Source: Phaeosaccion multiseriatum
Lineage: Eukaryota > Protista > Ochrophyta, other classes
Length of the DNA stretch: 64,000 nucleotides
Direction of reading: 5' to 3'
Assembly: GCA_965112735.1 (NCBI GenBank)
Contig: OZ218959.1
Coordinates: 3,286,001 to 3,350,000, forward strand
Below are positions 13,047 to 27,391 of the stretch, piece by piece. Each line of letters starts with the position of its first letter. Within the stretch, counting starts at the first letter, position 1. The notes beneath the pieces are model-generated. The model saw only the letters and a program-made list of their open reading frames with translations. It was not told the DNA's origin and searched no databases. The translations under genes were made by a program, and so were the position numbers.

Positions 13047-16000
13047 ATGAAGCCCATCGCGGTTGAGCTGCCGTGGGGCGATGATGGCTGGGCCCTCAGC
13101 CCTCGAAAGAGGTTTGCCCTGCCCCTTCCCTGCCTCGCACTTTCGCTCAGCGCCCGGATGGAGGTAAGCTACGGGTGTGGGGGTAGGCGGTGGGGCCATT
13201 GCTGGCTGTATGGCGAACCACGCGCACGACTTTTTTTTCGGTGTCCTCTTGTGCCCTTCTTCAGGCCACGTACAACATATACATCATCGTGGAGGTGCGG
13301 GACTGCCACTTCTCTGTGGGGACCAAGGTAAGAGATGGAACACGGCAAAAGGGCACTCTAAGTCTCCTCTTGAGGGACTGGGGGGCGCTCAATGTGGTCC
13401 TGGCGATTGCCCTGTCTGACGGTGACGAGCCACCCACCAGGCCTTCAGTGCAACACTCTTGTACCGCACGTCCTTCTCACAGCAGAGTGTCGCGTTCTTT
13501 GATCCCCCTCCCCATCACTGCCGCTCAGACCCGACTGAGCGGGGTGTGGAAGGAGGCAGGCCGCACATCCACTGCCTTCGGGGTGAAGCGCACCGAGAGC
13601 AGCACACCAATACTCGTGCCCTTCGCCTTCGCTCAACAGGACCTCAAGTTCACTGTGTGAGTAGGGGTGGGATTGGGTGGGACAATGCTGTACTCTTTTC
13701 GGGGGGAGATGTTATCGTGTACGGCCTCTGCCGAGGAGTACAAAGGCCGGGAGAGCGGCGCCCCCGCCCTTTCCCTTTGCTGCCTGACATAATTGGGTGA
13801 TTCCATGGGATGATAGCTTTGTCAACACTGTTCCTTTCAGCCCTCAAGCCATGGTGTAAGCGTACTTTGAACCTCCTCATGGCCGGGGCGGAGAGCGTGT
13901 GCGGGGGTCAGGCTGGTCTGCCTCCAGAAACATCCCTTTCCACTCTTTGTTCTCTGTGATCGCCCCCCCCCCCCCGGCCCACTGCGCCACTGCAGGCCCA
14001 CGGCTCACCTCGCCCTCCCTCCCTCTTGCACCCTCTTGCCCCCTCTCCTCCTCGCTCCCACCAAGCATGACTGAGGACCGCCTGGCGGTGTTCAAGGGAG
14101 GCATCTTGGGCTTCGCTCAGTGCACCACTGGGCAGCTGCTCTCCTCCCTCAACAACACTGCTTCTCTGCCCATCAAGATCGATCACGACGTACTCGGAAA
14201 GGTTGGTACTGTAGAAAAGAGAGGAGAAGAGAAGAAAGAAAGAAAGGGCCTTCCCCTCCCGCCCTCTTGTGATTCGTGGCTGATCCATACACACCTCCCT
14301 CCCTCCCTCCCTCCCTCCCTCCCTCCCTCCCTCCCTCCCTCCATCCCTCCCTCCCTCCCTCCCTCCCTCCCTCTCTCTCTCTCCCTCTCTCTCTTTCTTT
14401 CTCCCCTGGACAGCTGACGATCACCTTCGAGCCCAAGGTTTCCATCGAAGATGACACCGGGAGCATTGAACAGGACCGTTACACGCCGCCATGGTTCCGC
14501 TCCGGGGTGCTCGAGTACAGCGACTGGCTCAACTCGGACAGGTGGATGGGCATAGGTGTACGGGGTATATGAGCGGGGCGGGAGGGAGGAGGGAAGGTGG
14601 GGAGCGAGGGAAGGGCTACTCTCTGTCCTGGCACTCATCCACCTCTGTCCTGACACCCATCCACCGTCTGTCCTGACACTCCTGACCCCCCCCGCTGGCA
14701 GGTCCCGCGAGACGGAGAAAGTTTTATACCTGGGCCTGTCCTTCTCGGCCTCCGTCAGCAAGGAGGGATTCGCTAAGGAGGTAGGGAGGGGAGGGGAAGG
14801 AGGGGAGAGGAGAGGAGAGGGGAGGGGAGGGGGAGGAGAGGGAAGGGGGGGGGGGAAGGAGGGGAGGGGAGGCGAGGGGAGGGGAGGGGAGGGGAGGGGA
14901 GGGGAGAGAGGAGGGGGAGGAGAGAGGGGAGGGGAGTGGAGGGGAGGGGAGTGGAGTGGAGGGGAGGGGAGTGGAGTGGAGGGGAGTGGAGTGGAGGGGA
15001 GGGGACGGGGAGGAGAGAGGAGGAGAGGCGGGGACGGCCCGTGCCGACCCGATGGGTGGTCATGCTCACACGCGGTAGAAGGAGACTAGAAGCAGATGTC
15101 ACACCTTCACCACCACCTGCTCTTGCTTGTTCTCTTGTGCTCTGCCCTTGCCTCCTTCAGACTTCCAAGCCAGGGCGGAGGAAAGGGAGCTTTCGCTCCG
15201 GTAAGATTACGTAAGCGTCCTACGTGAGCTTTCTCCCTCCTCTTCAACCCCCCTCGCCCTTTTGCTTCGCACCAATCGATCGCGCTAACGTGTTGCGTGT
15301 ATGTGTATGTGTATGTGTGTGCGTGTGCGTTTATGTGTGTATATATATGTGGGTTGGCGTGTGTCTATGTGTGTGTATGTATGTGCGTGTGCGTGCGTGT
15401 GTGCGTGCGTGTACGTATGTGTGCGTGTGTTTGTGCGCGCGTGCTCTTCTCCGCAGGCTCTTCCGAGGCCGCCCCGTCCGTTGCCATCCTGCTCCACTTG
15501 AGGGACAGCGGCACCGACAACCTCCTCAGCATCGACCACAGGCTGCTCTGTCGGTACGCCCTCTCTCTTACTCTCTCTACCACCTCTCTCTCTTACTCTC
15601 TCTCCAGCAAGCTGTTCTGTCGGTACTCTCCTCTCTCCCATCTACGCTCTACGCCCCCCCCTCCCTCTCTCATCGCCCACGCGCTGCTCCGTCGGTACGC
15701 TATCTCTCTCTCTCTCTCTCTCTTCCTCTCGTCCTGCCCGCAGCGTCTCTTTTCTTTAGGGGCTCTTTCTTCACCTCCTTCTCTTTCCCGACCGCCCTGC
15801 CCATATGCCTGCCCACATGCCTGCCCATATGCCTGCCCATATGCCTGCCCATATGCCTGCCCATTCCCGCCGTTGCCTGCCCCATTTTGCGAGCAGCACA
15901 GAGTACGCCGTCCCCACGCAATCCCGGGGGGTCGACAAGGATGAAAGGGAGAGAGAGCACGTACTTAGGTGGAAGACCCAAGAGGTGAGTGAGGGAGGGA

Positions 16001-19000
16001 GGGAGGGAGAGAAAAGGAGGGGTGAGGATGGGAGAGGAGAGGAGAGGAGAGGAGAGGGGTAGGGGATGGAGGAGAGGAGAAGAGAAGAGAAGAGCGAGGG
16101 GGAGAGGGACGAGAGAAAGAGGATCGGGAGAGAGAAGCAACTGCTTCTATACTGCCCCTGATCTTCCCCTTCAGCTGCTCCTCAACTGCTCCTCAACCAC
16201 CCCTCAATGGCTGCTTAACCAGGTGCGCGGCTCCCGTCTGCTGGGGCCGTTCCATGACGCTGACTCCGACATTATCATCTCCGCCTTCCACGAGAGCATT
16301 GGAGAGGTCATTGGGCTTGCAGAAACCTCCATTGCACACGTCATTGAGGTATGTTAATGGACGTTACGTTCACTGTAAATGGACCTACCGTTTGCTTACA
16401 GATGCTAACCAATATCGAGGCTCGAGAAACGGACATCAATCTCGATAAGCCCACAGAGCTCCCACAAACGTCCTCTCCCCTTGGCGGTTGGTGTTGGTGT
16501 TGGTGCTTCGGGATCCCCCTTGCGTCGTCGTCGTCGTCAACAATGTGCTCGTTTTGTGTGCTCCATCCATCGCCCCACCTCCCTGTAACACATTGTATGT
16601 TATGGGCGTGTTTTGCGTGTGGTCTTTGCCCTTCGGTGGGGTGGGGGGGCGGGGCGTAGATGAGCAAGACTGCATCTGCGAGCATCTCGCTGTACGCACC
16701 CTGCACAGCGAGAGAGAGAGAAGCGAAGCTCAGGAGCAAGGAGAGGAGGGGAAGTGGCAAGGGGGGCGACACCGGCGGCGGCTTTTCCCCTCTGAGGAGG
16801 CTGGGTCATGTGGGCAGCAGCGGTAGTTATATGAGAAGCAGGAGCAGCAGCAGGAGCCCTAAGACCGCCAGGAATAGCCCCGCCACGGAGCCCAGGTACA
16901 CTCACTCACTCACTCACTCACTCACTTACTCACTCACTCACTCACTCACTTACTCACTCAATCCCTCACTGCCTCAGTCCCTCAATCCCTCCCTCACTCA
17001 TTCACTCACTCACTGACCAACTGCATCCACTCACTCACTGACTTACCTTACTCACTCACTCCAGGGAGGAGGAGGGCTGGGGTCCCAACGAAGATGTGGA
17101 GGTGCTGCGGCTGCGAGTCAAGGTGGTGAAGAAATACGAAACCGTCGAAACCGTCGCGCCTAAGAGCGAGAAGAAGGTAGGACGGAGACAGGACCGATAA
17201 GAGGGGAAGGGGATGGCGGGGTCGGTTTGTGGGGTGGTCTCGTGGTCGGGCCGTCGGGTCGTCGGGTCGTCGTGTCGTCGGGTCGTCTCTCTCTTCATGC
17301 TTCTCACAATGGCATCACGTCTGCGGTGTCTGCCCATGTGCTTGCTTGCGTTGAATCGACTAACTTATCTTTTCTCTTGCCTCTCCGCTCCCTCTCTCCC
17401 TCTTCCATCTTGCGGCTCCGTCCCTCCCTCTTCTCTTTCCCTTCCCTCCGTCGCTGATGGGTGGAAGCAGACGGAAGAGAGGGCGCTGGAGAGTGCGTAC
17501 GAGAAGTATCGGGCATTGGAGTTAAAGACGAACATTGCCACCGGGGAGCTGGAAAGGTGAGGGGAGAGGGAGAGAGGGAGGAGGGAAAGAGAGGGATAGA
17601 GAGGGTGTGTGTGTCTGTGTGTTCGTGCGTGTGTGTGTATGTGTGTGGGCCTGCGTGTACGTGTGTGTGCGTGCGTTTGCGCGCGTGTGCGTGTGCGTGT
17701 GTGCGCATGTATGTGTGGGTGTGTGTGCGTGCATGAGTGTGCGTGGACATGTGTGTGGGTGTGTACGGCCTTCTCCTCCCCCCATGAACGCGCTGCGTGG
17801 AACTGCTCTCCCTCGTGCCTCTTGGCTGACGAGAAGGAATCAACCTTACCTCTCTCTCTCTGTCTCTGTCTCTGTCTCTGTCTCTCTCTCTTTGCCTCTC
17901 TCTGTCTCTCTCTGTCTCTCTCTGTCTCTTTGTCCCTCTGTCTCTCTCTTTCTGTCTCTCTCTCTCTTTCTGTCTCTCTCTCTCTCTCTCTCTGTCCTCA
18001 GGCAATGCCGAAAGGAGCGCGAGCAGCGACTGCGCGCCTCTGCCCTGCTCCGCACCATCTTCAACACGCTCAGCTTCGAACCCATGCTGGTGAGGAGGTC
18101 ATACGTATGAGAGAGACAGGGACTGTCCTACCCGTACACCTCCACCCTGCCCGGCCTGCCCATATCCCTCCACCTGAGCGATGTACCTCTGCCCCGCGCG
18201 TATGCCTCTAACTTACTAACCTGCCCATCCATCTCAGTACTTTGACTACAGCATGAACAACGGAGGAGGAGGCAGAGGAGGAGACGCGGCCTTCTGCCCA
18301 GGGGCCAGTGACCCCAACTCCTTCCTGCACTACGGGGGGGAACTCAACCCCTTCAACCCACACATGTTGGTGCTCCAGACAGTGGCCGCCTTCCTGCAGC
18401 CCTTCTCCCGCAAGGGTATTGAGGTAGGTGGAGTCATATGGGGGGGGTGCAAAGGGAAGGAACAGAAGGAAGAGAAGGATGAAGGCCCTGTGAAGGGGGT
18501 ATAGACTACAGCAAGGAAAGCCGGCAGATGTGGAGACCGAAGCCGGTGGCTGTTTTCGAGAGTGTAAGCCACCCGCCCTTCTCTCCCTCCCCCACTCTCT
18601 CCCTCTGCTGCCCTGCCTTTCCCTCTGCCCTAGGCGTTCTGCTTCGGTGCAAAGCCCGTGGAAGATGACTTGGGGGGGAAGAGGAGGTGAGTTTGTGAGG
18701 TAGTGACTTGCCCAAGACCATACGCCCATGTATCGACCGACAATGTACGGTCGCTTCCTCTTCCAATTGGGCGCCTCTCTCCCTCCCTCCCTTCCTCCCT
18801 CCCTCCCTCTCTCCCTGAGTGCCGTGCGACACGAGAGCTCCTCGCTTTGTCCTCCCGAGTCTTGTCTGCTGCTGTGCTACCTTCACTGACTTACTTGACT
18901 TTCCATCTAAATCAACCTGGTCAGGTGGAGGAAGGACACGCTGGACTTAGTGGACTTTAGAACACATATAAGAAGGAGAACCCGACAGCCTTCGCTGGAG

Positions 19001-19942
19001 GAGCAGGCGGAGGAGCAGGTGGGTAGGCGGACAGGCAAGGCTCTCTCCTCTCGCTGTCTGTCTGTCTGTCTGTCTCTATCTCCCTCTCTCTCTCTCTTAG
19101 CACAGAGGCGAATGCCCCTCCCCCCAGTCCGCTGAGTGCTATGTCCTTCTCTCTGTCTCCATCCATCTCTCCCTCTCTCTGTCTACATCCATCTCTCCCT
19201 CTCCCTCTCTCTCTTGCTTCATCTCTCTCCCACTCTCTATCCCTCTCTTTCTCTTCTGTTTCTCTCTCACTCTCTCTCTCCCCCTCTCTCTCTGTATCAG
19301 GTGCGGCGGGCCAATGCTACTGTGTCTGTGTCGGAGTCTGCTGCTCCTGTCAACCCCGCCGTGGCGCTTGCAAGGGAGTACTGCAACCTCAAGGTAAAGT
19401 ACATATACACTCTCGCACTCTCTCTCACTCCCTCGCTCGCTCTGTCACACACTCACTCACTGACTCACTGACTCACTCACTCACTCACTCACTGACTCAG
19501 CCAGTCCCTCGCCCACTCCCTTACGCACTCATTGAGTCACCCGCTCCCTCTCTCTCTCTCTCACTCACTCACTCACTCCCTCCCTCCCTCACTCACTCAC
19601 TCACTCACTCACTGTGGGTGCGCCCCCCCACCCCTCTGCCGTCTCCCCTCCCTCCTGCTCGACCCCCTGGGTACTCGACCCCCCCTGGGTAGGCGGCGGC
19701 AAGGTCTGCGAGAGCCCATCCGAACAAGAGGCTCGTCAAGGAGAGGGAGGGGGAGGGGGAGGGGGGGGGGGAGGGGGGGCACTACGGCGAGGAGAAGGTG
19801 AGCGGCCCTCTACAGGCGCGTTGCTGCTACTGTTGCTGTCTCACCAACGGCTGCTGCTGCTCGTCTGCTCGTACTGCTGTATCACCAACTGCTTTCTGCT
19901 GTCTTGGCTCATTCCATTCCACACTCCACCCATATACACACA

Positions 19943-19973
<31 letters not shown>

Positions 19974-20760
19974 GCGATTCATTGGGTGCCTCGCCTCGCA
20001 CCGCAGGCGGAGGGCAAAAAAGAGGGCAAAAAAGAGGGCAGGAAAGATGCCAGTGTTAGGCCTGGGGAGAGACTCTCCTCCAGGGGGGCATCCCCCAGGG
20101 GGGCATTCCCCAGGGGGCCATACTCCAGGGGGGAATTCCCCAGGGGGCCATATTCCAGGGGGGTATCCCCCAGGGGGGCATCCCATCCCAGGGAGGTTTG
20201 GGCAGTGACACGACAGGCCTCTTCTCTTTCTCCGACGGCACACACACGCACCCACGCGGTAACGTCTGCCACGCCCCCGAGGCGGGAGTACGGAGCACTG
20301 CAAGCCCTCATCAACTCACGAAGACAGGTATGTGCGGAAGTGCGTGGGTGCGTGTATGCGTGCTTGTGTGCGTGTGTGCGTGAGTGCAGAGAGGGGACTG
20401 CAGGGGAGGGAGAGGGGGGGATGGCAGTGAATAGAGAGGAGGGCACAACGACATGCTCTGCCCACGCCACGCCGGCAATCTCTGCTCCAATCATCGAACG
20501 CTCCCTCCCTCCCTCTCCCTCCCTCTCTCGCTCTCTCTCTTTCCCTCTCTCTCTCACATGGATACTCTCTCCCCCCTCCCTCCCTCTCCCTCCTTCTCCC
20601 TCTCCCTCCTTCTCCCTCTCCCCCCTCCCTCCCTCTCCCTCCTTCTCTCTCTCCCCCCTCCCTCCCTCTCCCTCCTTCTCCCTCTCCCCCCCTCTCTCCC
20701 TCGTGTCGTCTCTTTCTTCCTTTCCCCTCTCCCTTTCTCTCTCCCCCTCTCCCCCCCTTC

Positions 20761-20809
<49 letters not shown>

Positions 20810-21322
20810 CCTTTTTCTCTCTTCTCTCTTTCTCTCTCTCTCCCTTTTTCTCTCTCTCTCAGGCGTTCGAGCGTGCGAAGGACACAGTGGCACAAGAGAC
20901 GAGTACCCTGGCCCGGCGGGCGAGGGAGCAGGAGGAGAAGGAGGAGAAAGAGGAGGCCCAGAGGAGACCCGGCTTCTTTCAGCGACTGATCAGGGTGAGT
21001 ACATGGTGTGCATAGGTGATGTATGTGTAATGCTTGCGCGTGTTGGAATACACGGAGGGATAGACAGACCGGGGACAGAGAGACAAGGCAGGCGGACAGG
21101 CGGGCAGGCCAGCGGGTGGAAGTCACGCAAAGGCCCTCTCTCTCTCTCTCTCTTTGTGTGTATGGGTCATTTAGAACTTCGCTCCCTCCCTCCCCACTTC
21201 ACTTTCCACTGCCCCAAGGCTTCAGTACAACTGCTGCGTGTCATCTCTGTCTCACTCACTTGTTGGATGGGGACACTGTCTGTCTGTCTGTCTGTCTGTC
21301 TATCTGTCTGTCAACCTGTTTA

Positions 21323-21366
<44 letters not shown>

Positions 21367-21406
21367 CCTGTTTATCTGTCTGTCTGTCTGTCTGTCAACC
21401 AGTTTA

Positions 21407-21449
<43 letters not shown>

Positions 21450-22860
21450 GTCTATCAGTCCATCCGTCTGTCTGTCCGTCCGTCTGCTTGTATGTCTGTC
21501 TGTTTATCTGTCTGTCTGTCTGTCTATCTGTATGTCTGCCTGCCTGCCTGTCTGTCTACCTGTTTATCTGTCTGTCGGTCTATCGGTCGGTCTGTCTGTC
21601 TGTCTGTCTGTCTGTCTACCTGTCTACCTGTCTGTCTATCCGTCCGTCTGCCTGTCTGCCTGCCCCTCTCACTATCTGCCTGTCTACCTCCCCTCTCCTC
21701 CATGTGTGTGGTGCTACACATTGCTACCTCAGGGGCGGCAGGGGCAGGAGGCGGAGTCAGCACGGCAAGCTGCCAGCCAAGCCGAGAGGGAAAGGAGGGC
21801 CCTTGAATCCTTCCAAGCCACGCTTGGACGGAGGCGCTCCTCTCTCGCCGTGGCTGTGGAACAAGTCAAGGTGAGCAGGCATATGGGCAGGTGTACGGGC
21901 AGGCTCGCCTCCATCTGCTGCCGTCCGATCCCGTCCCTCCATCTTACTTACACAATTGCCGCACTTTTGTTTCCACCCGCAGCGGCGTTTCGGGCCCGCA
22001 GAGGCTCGCGAGAAAAGCAAAGAGGTGAAAGAGGCGGGGAGGGACGATCAAAGCGACGAGGGCGAGCAGCCCCCGCCCTCTCCGGCGGCACTCGCGAGCA
22101 GAGGGGTGGGGGTGGGGAGAGGGGGAGGGGATACGGCACGAGAGGGGGCAGAGGAGAGGAAGGGGGAGGAGGAGGAAGGAGAGAGAGTGGACGAGGGGGC
22201 GGAGGAGAGGAAGGGGGAGGAGGAAGGAGAGAGGGTGGACGAGGGGGCGGAGGAGAGGAAGGGGGAGGAGGAAAGGGAGAGAGTGGGCGAGGGGGCGGGG
22301 GGGAGGCGGATGACCGCTGTGCACAGCGCTGAAGTGATGAAAGAGGTACGTCCGACAGGGGACTGACTTACTTACTTACTTACTTCTTGACTGAATGACT
22401 GAATGACTGACTGGCTGACAGACTGATCGACTGAATGACTGAATGACTAACTGACTGACTGACTGACTTACTAACTGAATGACTGAATGACTGACTGACT
22501 GACTGACTGACTGACTGACTGACTGACTGACTGACTGACTGACTGACTGACTGAGTGACTGACTGACTGACTGACTGACTGACTGACTGACTGACTGACT
22601 GACTGACTTATTGACTCCCCCCTCCCTCTTCTTTGTGTGTGTGACCCCCTTGTCCGCACAGCTCCGACGCCGGCCCTTGATGAATGACCCTCGCCCCACT
22701 GACATTGAGACAGAGGCGGAGAGAGGGGCGATGCCTGTACTGGCGTACTGCCTCCCCCTCGCTGCTCGGCTCGTGGTCACAAGGGAGGAGGTGGGCAGTA
22801 GCCGCACCAATGCCCGCAACACACTAGGGCCGATCATCAGGTGAGTGTGAGTGTGAGTGT

Positions 22861-22893
<33 letters not shown>

Positions 22894-23924
22894 GGAGTGT
22901 GTGTGCGTGTGTGTGTGTGTGTGTGTGTATGTCTGTCTGTGTGTGTATGTGTATGTGTGTGTGCGTGTGTCTGTCTGTGTGTCTGTCTACATTATCTATC
23001 GATCCCTCCATGGCTGCAGCACAGCAGCACAGGAGACAAGGCAGCAAGCGACAGACGAGCAACAGAAGAGAACTTGTTTGTTCTCACACACATACACACA
23101 TCCCTCCTCCCTCCCCTCCTGTTTCCTGTTAATTGGGTACCCCCCCCCCCAAAGGAGAGACATGACTGGCCTGTCCAGCGCCCCCTACCCCTCTGTGGCA
23201 GCCCTTCTGCGCGGCTACGACAAGAGCTGGAGCTTCTTCACACCCATCAGGACCTTCCCCGCGTTACGCCCTATTGTCAAACACGCGGTGAGGCAGTGAG
23301 GGTGTAGGGATAAGTCAGTGAGGCAGTGATGGTGTAGGGATAAGTCAGTGAGGCAGTGAGGGATAAGTCAGTGAGGCAGTGAGGGTGTAGGGATAAGTCA
23401 ATGAGGCAGTGAGGGTCGAGGGATAAGTCAGTGAGGCAGTGATGGTGTAGGGATAAGTCAGTGAGGCAGAGAGGGGTGTAGGGACAAGTCAGTGAGGCAG
23501 GAGGGTGTAGGGATAAGTCAGTGAGGTAGTGTTGTCAGTGAGGCAGTGAGGGTGTAGGGATACGTCAGTGAGGCAGTGAGGGATAAGTCAGTGAGGCAGT
23601 GAGGGTCGAGGGATAAGTCAGTGAGGCAGTGAGGGGTGTAGGGATAAGTCAGTGAGGCAGTGAGCAGGGAAGAGGCTAGAAGCGTAATCTTCTTCTGTCG
23701 CACTTCAGTGTCAAATCTCCCATCCCTTCCGCTCCATATGCACTCACCACACACACTCGCCCACCCCCCCACCCCTGTATCACCAACGCTTCTATATCAC
23801 CGACAGGCCATGCAGACGACGAACAAGGCGTACCATGTCGCTGTCATCACGCTGGCAGCGGACTGTATAGATAGCGTCGCCAGGCTGCAGGTGAGTGAAG
23901 AACCAACACGGACCTTCGCCCTCG

Positions 23925-23963
<39 letters not shown>

Positions 23964-24000
23964 TCACCCTCACCCTCCCCTTCACCCTCACCCTCACCCC

Positions 24001-24041
<41 letters not shown>

Positions 24042-24108
24042 TCACCCTCACCCTCCCCTTCACCCTCACCCTCACCCCCACCCTCACCCTCACCCTCACC
24101 CTCACCCC

Positions 24109-24141
<33 letters not shown>

Positions 24142-25176
24142 CCTTGCCCTCACGCTCCTGACTCCTGCTGCAGAGGCTCCTCCTGAAGACCGCTCTGCTG
24201 CCTCTGTCGGTCATTGTTGTGGGCATTGTTGGTCAGTCCTGCGAGCCTTTCGAAAACCTGCTGCTGCTTCAGGAGCGAATCGCGTGAGTGGACTTGCAAG
24301 CGTTAGCCTATAGAATAGGGTGGACTAGTCAGCGTGTGTGGACTAGTCAGCGTGTGTGGACTAGTCAGCGTGTGTGGACTAGTCAGCGTGTGTGGACTAG
24401 TCAGCGTGTGTGGACTAGTCAGCGTGTGTGGACTAGTCAGCGTGTGTGGACTAGTCAGCGTGTGTGGACTAGTCAGCGTGTGTGGACTAGTCAGCGTGTG
24501 TGGACTAGTCAGCGTGTGTGGACTAGTCAGCGTGTGCGCGGAGGGCACTTGTCGACTTGTTCGAGTCGCGGAGTGCAGTTGTCGACATGTTGGAGTGCAG
24601 ATAAGCCCCTCGCTCTGTCACTCTCTCTCTCTCTTTCTTTGACTTGTTCGAGTGGAGTGAATCGGCCTCGCTCTCTCTCTCTCTCTCTCTCTCATTCTTT
24701 CTTTCTCTCGCTCTCTTTCTTCCTCTCTCTCTGCTCCTCTCTCTGTCCCTCTCTCTCTCACACACACGCCACTTGCTCTCTCGCGCTTGTCTGGCAGCAA
24801 CGAAGCCGCGCGGAAGAAGGTGAGAGCACTCTCCTCTTGCTGCACACCGGAATGGGTGGGTGGGTGGACGTGTGGGTGGATGGACGGATAAGTGGGTGGG
24901 TGGGTGGATGGGTCGGTGGATGGGTGGGTGGATGCATGGGTGGGTGGGTGGGTGTGGGTGCGTGGGTGGATGGGAGTATGGGTGGGTGGGTGCGTGGGTG
25001 GATAGGTGTATGGGTGGGTAGGTGGGTGGGTGGGTGGGTGGGTGGAGATGGACAGGTGCGTGGGTGCGTGGGTGCGTGGGTGGGTGGGCGCGTGCCCTGC
25101 CATCGACTGAAACGATCCGTACACACGTACAGAGACATCGGGATGGGCGGGATGGACAGCTTCAAGGTTCCAAACA

Positions 25177-25212
<36 letters not shown>

Positions 25213-26139
25213 GAAAACAGCAGCAAGGCTCTTGTGTGTTGTGTATAATTGTAATAGCCTTACACATGATTGGTGTGTCTTCCTCCCCTTCCCCTCTTGT
25301 GTGTTGTGTATAATTGTAATAGCCTTACACATGATTGGTGTGTCTTCCTCCCCTTCCCCATTGTGTATAATTGTAATAGCCTTACACATGATTGGTGTGT
25401 CTTCCTCCCCTTCCCCACCCCCCCAACCCCCCTCCCTCCTCCCTCTCTGCTTCAGCGAGGGGGACCCCCAAGGGGGCGGCGAGAGCGGGGGCGGCGAAGA
25501 AGCAAGGCCGGGAAAGGAGAGGGAAAGGGGAAGGGGAAGGGCTCAGAGAGCGAGGAGAAGAGCTCAAGGGGAGAGGAAGAGGGAGAGGGAGAGGGAGAGG
25601 GAGAGGGAGAGGGAGAAGGGGAGGGAGAGGGAGACGGAGAGGGAGAAGGAGAAGGAGAAGGAGGAGAAGGAGAGGGAGAAGGAGAAGGAGAAGGAGAGGA
25701 AGACGGAGAGGGGGCTGAAGGCTCGCGGGGTAACTTCCTCTTCTCTGTGTTCCACACATGGGCAGAGCTGCTGGTGAGGGCCGACGCCGTTCAACAAGAG
25801 GTGCGAAGAGTCAGCCCTAGAGTAGGGGTTTCGTCCTCCTCCCCCCCCCGTCCTCCCGCGATTCCGTTCATTCCTTCCTGCTGCTGCGGCCCCTTCTCTA
25901 ACCTCTCCTCCCCTCCGCTCCCCTTCTCTGACCCCCTCTCCCCTGCCCTTCCCTGACCTCCCCTCCGTTCCCCTTCCCTCCCCTTCCTTCTCATCCCCCC
26001 CCTTCCTTCCTCCTCTCCCACTTCCTCCCCCCCTCCACTTGTATCGGCCAACCACAGGAGGGCTTGCATGTGAGAAAAGCCTCAGCGGACATTACCTTGA
26101 GCAAACGAGTCGTGACGGTGAGAGAGAGAGGGAGAGAGA

Positions 26140-26170
<31 letters not shown>

Positions 26171-26171
26171 C

Positions 26172-26248
<77 letters not shown>

Positions 26249-27391
26249 CAGAAGAGAGCCCTTGCTGCCTTGGTGCTCCCCTCACCTCCTTTGCTTTCCT
26301 TCAGTCAGCCAAGTACTCGCTCTCTCCCTCTCTCTTTCTCCCTCTCTCCCTTTCTCTTTTTTTGTTCTCTCCCCCTTCCCCTCTCGTCTCTCCCTCCCTC
26401 TCCCTCTCTGCCCCTCTCTCTCATCGCCCTTGTATGCTTCCTCGCCTCTGCAGACAACCATATACTGTACCTCCTTCCCCTTCCTTCCTTTCCTTCGCCG
26501 CATGATGATCGAGTTACCTTTGTCCTCTCCCTTCCTCTCCCTCCCTCCCTCCCCCCCCCTTCCCCCCTTGGGCTTGGGCGGCAGCGCATATTCCTGGAGT
26601 GGGGCTTCCCTTCGGCACAAGTAAAGTCTCTGGTCGAAGGCTTAGGGACCGAAGAGGACACTCCTTTCACTAACGTACGTATCTGGCTGGTGGGGGGGCG
26701 AGGGGAGGGAGGGAGGGAGGAAGGGAGGTAGGGAGGGAGGGAGGGAGGGAGGGAGAGAGGGAGGGAGGGAGGGAGGGAGGGAGGGAGGGAGGAAGGGAGG
26801 GAGGGAGGGAGGGAGGGAGGGAGGGAGGGAGGGACTGAAGGAGGGAAGGAGGAAGGAAGGGAGGGAGGGAGGGAGGGAGGGAGGGAGGGAGGGAGGGAGG
26901 GAGGTAAGGAGGGAGGGAGGGAGGTAAGGAGGGAGGGAGGGAGGGAGGGAGGGAGGGAGGGAGGGAGGGAGGGAGGGAGGGAGGGAGAGAGGGAGGGAGG
27001 GAGGGAGGGAGGGAGGGAGGGAGGGAGGGAGGGAGGGAGGGAGGGAGGGAGGTAAGGAGGAAGGGAGGGAGAGGGATGAGGCTTGGGAGGGAAGGGTCGG
27101 AGGAGGTGCGTCGATAAATGGGATTTGACATTGATGCCAGAGCTAAGACACTCTCCTTCCCCTCCCATCCCCTCCCCACAGGCGGAGATGAAGTCCATCT
27201 TTCTCCGTACTCAAGACGCCTCTGTCCGTCAGCTGGAGCGTGTGGTGCGCGAAGCCGTGCAGCAACACGCTATGGACTTCTTGAGCTCTGAGGAGTGTTT
27301 ATCGGGCTTCGAGCCGCCTCTCAAGGGGAAGGAAGAGGCCGGGGGGTGGTGGGGGGGGATCAAGCAGGGACTTGCCGACCTCTTTGAGTAA
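13047..27391 (+). CDS. Large divergent copine-like protein (C2-like N-terminus plus vWA domain split by long insertions), more than 25 exons
   Basis: Copine vWA-like blocks: [36 protein letters not shown] (about 18240-18660); [36 protein letters not shown] (about 23155-24283); [10 protein letters not shown] (25725). C2-like beta-rich exons at 13.2-16.4 kb. Could be more than one gene. Confidence 0.65.
21277..21662. repeat. (TCTG)n intronic microsatellite
   Basis: Directly visible. Confidence 0.95.
22361..22610. repeat. (TTAC)n/(CTGA)n intronic microsatellite
   Basis: Directly visible. Confidence 0.95.
23288..23665. repeat. 30-bp minisatellite GTGAGGCAGTGAGGGTGTAGGGATAAGTCA, about 13 imperfect units
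   Basis: Begins exactly at an intron donor. Confidence 0.92.
23915..24152. repeat. (CACCCT)n intronic hexamer repeat
   Basis: Directly visible. Confidence 0.95.
24320..24536. repeat. 18-bp minisatellite GTGGACTAGTCAGCGTGT x12
   Basis: Perfect tandem units with no spacers; intronic. Confidence 0.95.
25231..25416. repeat. About 60-bp repeat x3 (TTGTGTATAATTGTAATAGCCTTACACATGATTGGTGTGTCTTCCTCCCCTTCCCC)
   Basis: Directly visible, just upstream of an acceptor. Confidence 0.92.
26700..27075. repeat. (GGGA)n intronic tract
   Basis: Directly visible. Confidence 0.95.

Noticed and set aside
23288-25416. CRISPR-like appearance of the 30-, 18- and 60-bp repeats
   Set aside because: Head-to-tail units without unique spacers, no cas genes, located in eukaryotic introns.
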